The notes under the pieces: model-generated
Database searches by the model: none
What the model saw: the letters and a program-made list of their open reading frames with translations, nothing else
What the model was told of the DNA's origin: nothing
Translations under genes and position numbers: made by a program
Source of the DNA: Eledone cirrhosa
Lineage: Eukaryota
Length of the DNA: 64,000 bases
Assembly (NCBI GenBank): GCA_964016885.1
Contig: OZ024742.1
Coordinates: 138,136,001-138,200,000 of the forward strand
Direction: 5' to 3'
In this document: piece by piece, positions 57,941 through 64,000 of the stretch
How positions within the stretch are numbered: the first letter of the stretch is position 1
Layout: every line of letters starts with the position of its first letter

Positions 57941-57945
<5 letters not shown>
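56401..57945 (+). mobile_element. 5'-truncated PLE (same broad type as 855-1682)
   Basis: Endonuclease reading frame, 3' UTR with (CT)n and an HHR remnant at 57739-57761; TA tracts lie on both sides. Confidence 0.8.
56500..57288 (+). CDS. PLE linker plus GIY-YIG endonuclease; the frame extends upstream of the ATG at 56695
   Basis: In frame: YIWYNP..IRKHFP..TIRLSYSTAPN, then CNCxxxxxCPLxxxC, LVY..YIGST..FKTR and CPLC..E. There is a stop at 56497-56499. Confidence 0.82.
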   Translation, partial: NRTRSRSYIWYNPIFNSSISSNLPSIFYKIIRKHFPNSHKYSSILNTKTIRLSYSTAPNLDAHIKMLNAKKLRNKNTPIPQHNNTPNTQPPTNKQYAQNTLTHTSQPTYNSTAAHNRNCNCHLPETCPLNNECLHSNLVYRCSVESDNQTWHYIGSTANTFKTRWYTHRYAIKHPQHRYVTTLADKMWHLKGSNRQYTLKWTKLSHAPPYRSGMKTCPLCNNELFHILSSGHQLLNNKIERSIFCQHKLKAKFSHFKPLTKS

Positions 57946-57974
<29 letters not shown>

Positions 57975-58027
57975 TGTGTGTGTGTATGTATATGTATGCA
58001 TGTAGATGTTATATATATATATATATA

Positions 58028-58228
58028 TAGGAAAATTGTCAGAACCCTGACGGCTGATCTCCGGCGGTTTCGACAGCTAGATCAGAACTGTTCGGATCAG
58101 GCTGTCGAAACGGCTGGACCTCAGCCATCGGGGTCCTGACTCTTTTCCTATTACCCACTCTACCACACTAAGTATGGAGTACCCTGGTGCGTTATGGTCC
58201 ACCTGGTTCCTTACCACACTTTCTTTGT
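58028..58228 (+). mobile_element. Another short 3' terminus of the 1-2970 PLE family with snap-back 5' end
   Basis: GTCGAAACGGCT...GGTGCGTTATGGTCCACCTGGTTCCTTACCAC matches 2848-2960. An imperfect inverted arm lies at 58028-58090. Confidence 0.78.
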
Positions 58229-58246
58229 ATATATATATATATATTC

Positions 58247-58773
58247 TAAAATAACACGAGGCTGGACTGGTGTAATTTCTTAAAAGGTTTATTATACTAT
58301 GATCATTTCAGTGACCAGGTTCAGTATGAATCCGGTGACATCATCAGGTATTAGAAATTTAACAAAGGAATATAATAGAGAAAATCCATGGGGCTGAAAG
58401 GCAGAGACAAGAGGGCGGCTGACCGAGCGAGAAGCTGCTAAATGTTCTGCCGCCCTCCTGTCTCTGCTTTTCAGCCCCATGGATTTTCTCTATTATATTC
58501 CTTTGTTAAATTTCTAATACCTGATGATGTCACCGGATTCATACTGAACCTGGTCACTGAAATGATCATAGTATAATAAACCTTTTAAGGAATTACACCA
58601 GTCCAGCCTCGTGTTATTTTATAATAATTAACTCCGTACTCGCACGACCAACTACACAAACGAAGACGGGTGAGCTGCATTACGTTGAGTACTCTCCATA
58701 ATATTACATCGAGATTGACCATACGGAATGACCAATTCTATCCCGTGATGAACCAACAAACCTAAATAAATAA

Positions 58774-58775
<2 letters not shown>
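58247..58775 (+). mobile_element. HHR-containing element with 173-bp inverted arms (58247-58419 / 58449-58621)
   Basis: The arms are near-perfect reverse complements. The 3' end AACCAACA..AAATA(TA)n resembles that of 2995-3310. Confidence 0.82.
58517..58574 (+). ncRNA. Minimal type I hammerhead ribozyme (inverted intact copy at 58294-58351)
   Basis: ATAC-CTGATGA-TGTCACC...GGTCACT-GAAA-TGATCA-TA-GTAT, with palindromic ATGATCAT helix III. Confidence 0.75.
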
Positions 58776-58811
<36 letters not shown>

Positions 58812-59303
58812 GGGGGAAGGTAGATAAAGATAGAGAGAAGAAGAGACGGGTAGGGAAAACAATGCATGGTAAATACATATACATGTGCCTGTGTGTGTTT
58901 GTACAGTAACAAAAAAAAGAAAGGAAGATAAATATTAGTATAACCATTTTTACTACACATCTAATACATTTTATTCTCACAGTCGTATGGATAAATCATA
59001 ACCGTTTTGCCGCTTGAACTAGTTTATTCTTTTGTTTTCGTCTTTGGTACAGTTACTATTTGTTGTTGTTCTTGTTTTACGATGATTTGCATAATTTTCT
59101 GCTGAAACACAATGGTATTTGTATGAATAACAAACACATATCTCTAAGAAGCCGATGTCGTTTTGGTTGTTATAAATATATTATAACATAAACAAATGAA
59201 CTATGAAAGTGACTATATGCGTGTATACATACATATCTGCATGTACACACACACACACACGCACGCACACATACACACACATATATACATACACACACAC
59301 ACA

Positions 59304-59349
<46 letters not shown>

Positions 59350-59454
59350 TGTGTATATTATATATATATTTATATATACATAAATCTTCATACATATTCT
59401 TTTGTATCTATATATGTGTGTGCGTTTGCGCATGTGTCCATGTATATGTATGTT

Positions 59455-59529
<75 letters not shown>

Positions 59530-60537
59530 ACATGAAATAAATAAAAAATACGGTGAAGTATAATCACATAAACCAATATTTAGTTTCTGACGACAGAAGA
59601 TTCGTGTATTCAAAGATTTCTGAATAGAAATTGTTTTCGCGGACGTAGTCTGGAATATGTATACTGTGGAGAATACCATTAATAAAACATAAAATACCAT
59701 GTTAAAGTTATTACAACGTAAACTACGCAGTAGAGAAGTGAACACATATACACAATTAACGTGAAAGTTAATGGTTATATTTTACATTACTTTCCTTCTC
59801 TTATTCTGCAAATATTTTTCTCACAACAGTATTTCTTACACTACGTCATTATACAGAATTCGTTTCATACAGAAGAATGTACCGTAGGTGTTTCTAATGG
59901 GTAATTTATATTGATGATGCGTTGTCTATTAGCTCCTTACTTTATGAAGTTAATGATTAATTTAAGAGAATATATGACAGAATGGATATTTTAACGCTCT
60001 ACTATTCAATGATATGCGGTTTCGAAGCAGTTTGGATGTTCTATAGCGCCAAATATTTAATAATATTTAATATTTAACTGGAACATGAAAACGTAACTTT
60101 TAGTTGGGACAGAATCCGTCTGTGAACTCTAAACCTTCCCAATATATAGCAATAACAATAGGCTCAGGCTGAATAATATCTTGGACGCCTATAACGGAAC
60201 TCCTCGCAAGATTCGAAATAAATGAGATATAATTGGTGAAACAATAGTAAATATATACAGAAAACGAAGAAGAATATGTTAGAAAGAACGAACAAAGCGT
60301 AACAAATATATATTTCATGTATGGATTGTCCATATCATATACGTTTCTTTATTAACACCGAAACCATACGAAAATGTGCAATTAGTTCAAAAACAACCAT
60401 AACATGACGCGGTGTGTATACAAGACGTGAATTATAACACCAAAAACAACATAAACCAAGACAAGTGACACAACACCAACAAAAGCCACACTGCATATAG
60501 CCAAGGCACAATAAATATAATAATAAAAATAATAATA

Positions 60538-60641
60538 ATAATTGTTTTTACTATTGACACAAGGCCAGCAATTACCCAGTACATTACTGATACTTTATTT
60601 TATCGACCCCGTAAGGATGAAAGGCAAAGTTAACCTCGGCG
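60538..60641 (-). mobile_element. SINE 3' half, followed by (AAT)n 60642-60714
   Basis: Reverse SINE core up to AACCTCGGCG. Confidence 0.8.
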
Positions 60642-60714
<73 letters not shown>

Positions 60715-60716
<2 letters not shown>

Positions 60717-63700
60717 TTTTCTTTATTAACCACAAGGGTTTACATAAAGTAGACATTAAGGAGAGTACAGGACAATACAGGACGGTACAAAAGGGCATTT
60801 CTGCGTGTAAAAAACAAAAACAGAGGATGTAACAAAAAATAACAATGAAAAATTCCCCAATAGGGGGGGAGACTTCGGAGGGACATTTGTGAATAAAGCC
60901 CAGTAAAAGCCACAGTGACCCTGACCACCAAGGCAAGTGCCCTCTCCCAGTTTTCCACCTTTAATTTACAGATACGTACTCAGAGTAGGCCCATTCACTC
61001 GGTCCATTCTTGCTTCTCTCACCCATCTTTCAACAAAATGCTGGGAAGAGAGCACTTCCCTCTCTACTCTGATTTTCCTTTTCAAATGAAATTTGAAAAG
61101 TCAATCAGGACATCACCGAAGAGGTAAGTGCTCGTCTTCAGCCCTTTCAAACGTGTCCACCATACTATCTCTTTCGCCATGGCCACCAGACAGATAAAAA
61201 CTCCCTGCCCTTCCCGGCTAAAGGAAGAGGGCGGGGCAATCCTCACGATGGACTCAGATGATAGCCGGATCCGTCCTACACGCGACAGCAGGTGTTCGAC
61301 ATAAACCCACAAGTCAGCAATTTTCGGACACGGAACGAGTTCGTGCAGGACGGTTTCGTCGCCCTGCGCGCATCTCGGACATTCCCGGCTGACGGCACCT
61401 CCATGCCTGTAGAGTTTATCCCGAACTGGCAAGGCTCCTCGGTAGTACTGCCAGGCCAGAGATTTCTGGAAATTGTCCATAGGTCCCGGCCCGAAAGTTC
61501 TTCCGAAGAGATTGGCTAGTTGATTTTCGTCGACGCCTAGAGTTTCCCCAAGTACGTCGTCGCTCTTCCCCTCCACTAATCCTCTATAGAACGCCGAGGT
61601 GGAGTTTCCACCGATCACATTGCCCGATTGGTCGAGGGCTGTGAGCGCCTGAAGACATTCCAGTCTCCAAGCGCTCCCTCTCGGTCTTCGCTTGACCCAG
61701 GACTACAGCTCCGTCAAGGAAACGAGCTGGAGAAATACGTGTCTAGCAAACGGCGACCACACCTGATCACCGTCGAGGAAGATGTGGAGATGTCGTAGCC
61801 TGAGCGCGTGTCTGCGCATCATCAGCCACGGCATTCCCAGCCCTCCATGTAGAGGGTGATGACAGCAGATGGACCGCCTGACCATCGGAGCGCTTCCCTT
61901 CCACAAAAAGCGAAAGAGCAAACGCTCCAGCGCAGTCAGGCGGGGATTAGGACAAGGTACGACGGTCAGCCGGTAGCAGATGACAGATGACAGACGCGAT
62001 GTACGCATTAGCCACCTCCGCTCGACCTTTCAGGGATAGCTACCTCTCCGCCCATTTCTGAGTGAGAGAAGCCACTCTGCTCGTCACCTCGTCCCAGTTT
62101 TTGTCCGTCTGGAGGTCCGGACCGAACCAGACCCCTAGCAATTTAACCGGTCCGTCCGTCCAGCGTCCGACGACGTTGTTGGTCGGCATGGAACTGCCTC
62201 TCCAGGTGCCGAGCTGCAGGCCCACTGACTTTTCCTGGTTGATCATTGCTCCTGTCACCGCTTCGTATTCTCTTAGTGTAGTGCCGATCGCCTCGATGTG
62301 TTTGGCGTTCGACACCACTACGGTGACATCGTCCGCATATGCTGACACGGATCTTCCGCATCCTAGTTCACGCGGGACGCCCCTCAACGTCTCCAGTTTG
62401 TGCAGTAATGACTCGAGAGTCAATACGTACAAGAGGGACGAGAGGGGACATCCTTGGCGGACCGAGCGCATGATGTTGAACGGTTCCGAAAGGTGATCAT
62501 TCACTCTCACCACAGAGCAGATGTCGCTGTGCATGGCAGCGATCCAGCCTCTGAAGATGGGCCCAAAGCCAGCCGCCCTCAGGACTGCCGCTAGGTAACG
62601 ATGGTCGACCCTATCGAAAGTTTCGACATATCTAAATTGATCAAGGCCCCACCCGTGCCAGGTTCCCTAGCTACCCTCTCTACGATGTATCGCATGAGGT
62701 GGAGGTTGTCGTAGATGGATCTGTCGGAAATGGCGCATGTCTGCGCCTCTCCCACCAAACCACCAACGACAAGCGCCAACCTCTTTGCTAGCACTTTGGC
62801 CAAAATCTTGAACTCTGTGTTTAGCAGAGTTATGGGCCTGAAATTATCTATGTTATCCCCCTTGTTCGGATCCTTTCTCAGCAGTGCCACCGCTCCTCGG
62901 CAAACAGAGTTGGGAATTCTCCCGTTCTGTTGCCAGTTGCAGTAGACGTCCGCCAAGAGGCCTCCGAACAAGTCTGGCATCTGTACGTAAAGTTCATAGG
63001 GCAGACCATCCAAACCAGGCGATTTACCCCTTGTGCAGCCAGTCATTGCCTCCCTTACTTCAGCGGCTGTTATCGGCTTTTCGCAACACTCCGCCTCAGT
63101 GGCGGAGAGCTGCGGCAGACCGTCGAGGTAGACACTAAAGTCCATCACTCGACCCGGCCCAACGCTGCCCCCGAACAGCTGAGCGAAGTGTCGCTGAAAA
63201 AGCCTCACACATTTTCCCGGGATCGAGTAGCATGCGCCTGTCGTGGTCCATCAAAGAACGGATCGTGGCTTTGTTGCCACGACGCGCCTCCGCCACTTGG
63301 GCCCATTGAACGGCTTTCGTCCCCTCGTGTCTGAGAGCACGCACCCTAGCTCTGACAACGCAGCCTTCGTGCTTTGCATTGAAGAATTGGTCAAGGGCCA
63401 ATTTCGCCGCAAGCACGTCGGTCGCAATGCCTTTGCTAAGCGCCTCGTGTAATTTTCTAACTAGTTTTCCCTCTGCTCTATTTTTCTCTATTGCTAAAGC
63501 CTTACTAAACCTAATGGATTCTATTCTAATCGCTCTTTTCAGAGCAAACCACCACTTGTTGTTGACGATGGCCCCCGTCAACGACCGCTTAACTAGTTCG
63601 CTAATCCGCTCTCTGTAGGCCTTGCGCGCTGGTAAGGACGCGTTTAGCTTCCAGTAGCTGGGTCCTCGTCTATGAAGCCTATCTAAGTCAAGCACACAGA

Positions 63701-64000
63701 TCACGAATTTGTGGTCCGTGTAGCTGACTATCTTGAATTGTGGAAAGCCTATGCTAGACCTATCTATTTCCCTACAAAATACTCTATCTAGATATGATCT
63801 GGATGACCCTATGCGATTTGTCCAAGTCCACATTGGCACATTCGGGAAATCCAATCGGTACCTGTCAGACAGTTCAAAACGCCTGAGCAGGTTGGTGAGG
63901 CTCTTGCACCCTCCATCCCTATCCACTAATCCCACGCAGTCCCAGCGTGCATCTAAGGTCCCGTTCCAGTCGCCCACTAACACTAAAGAGCGGGACGTTC
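60715..64000 (-). mobile_element. Tx1/L1-clade LINE ORF2 with few disruptions; continues beyond the window
   Basis: GDWN, SYLDRVF, SYWKLN, KSPGLDGLPYE, NFRPITLLN, VRQGCPLS, YADD and CPRC..ETVLH...C, with a 3' AATAAAGAAAAC followed by (ATT)n. Confidence 0.92.

Overview
Repeat-dense, AT-rich eukaryotic DNA with no confidently identifiable host gene. The tRNA-derived SINE family, the Tx1-like LINEs and the extreme microsatellite load suggest a cephalopod (octopus-like) genome; that is an inference. The window holds 5'-truncated Penelope-like elements (PLEs, GIY-YIG endonuclease), decayed Tx1/L1-clade LINEs, R4/Dong and RTE-like fragments, an internally deleted Chapaev3-type DNA transposon, a Tc1/mariner-type MITE and more than 15 SINE copies. 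The main signal is invisible to the ORF track: many type I hammerhead ribozyme (HHR) motifs belonging to several different non-coding elements. Most of these elements sit in (TA)n tracts and many have a fold-back (inverted) 5' end like the protein-coding PLEs. Highlights are a near-perfect array of about 14 x 310 bp units with one minimal HHR per unit (44528-48842) plus an inverted 1.3-unit head, a diverged 320-nt sibling with structure-preserving changes, a ~437-nt unit, and a 701-nt unit whose genomic 5' end matches its own ribozyme cleavage site to within 1 nt. Together these look like PLE-mobilised non-LTR retrozymes, i.e. likely circular-RNA-producing elements. All RNA folds were read by eye and none has been computed or tested.
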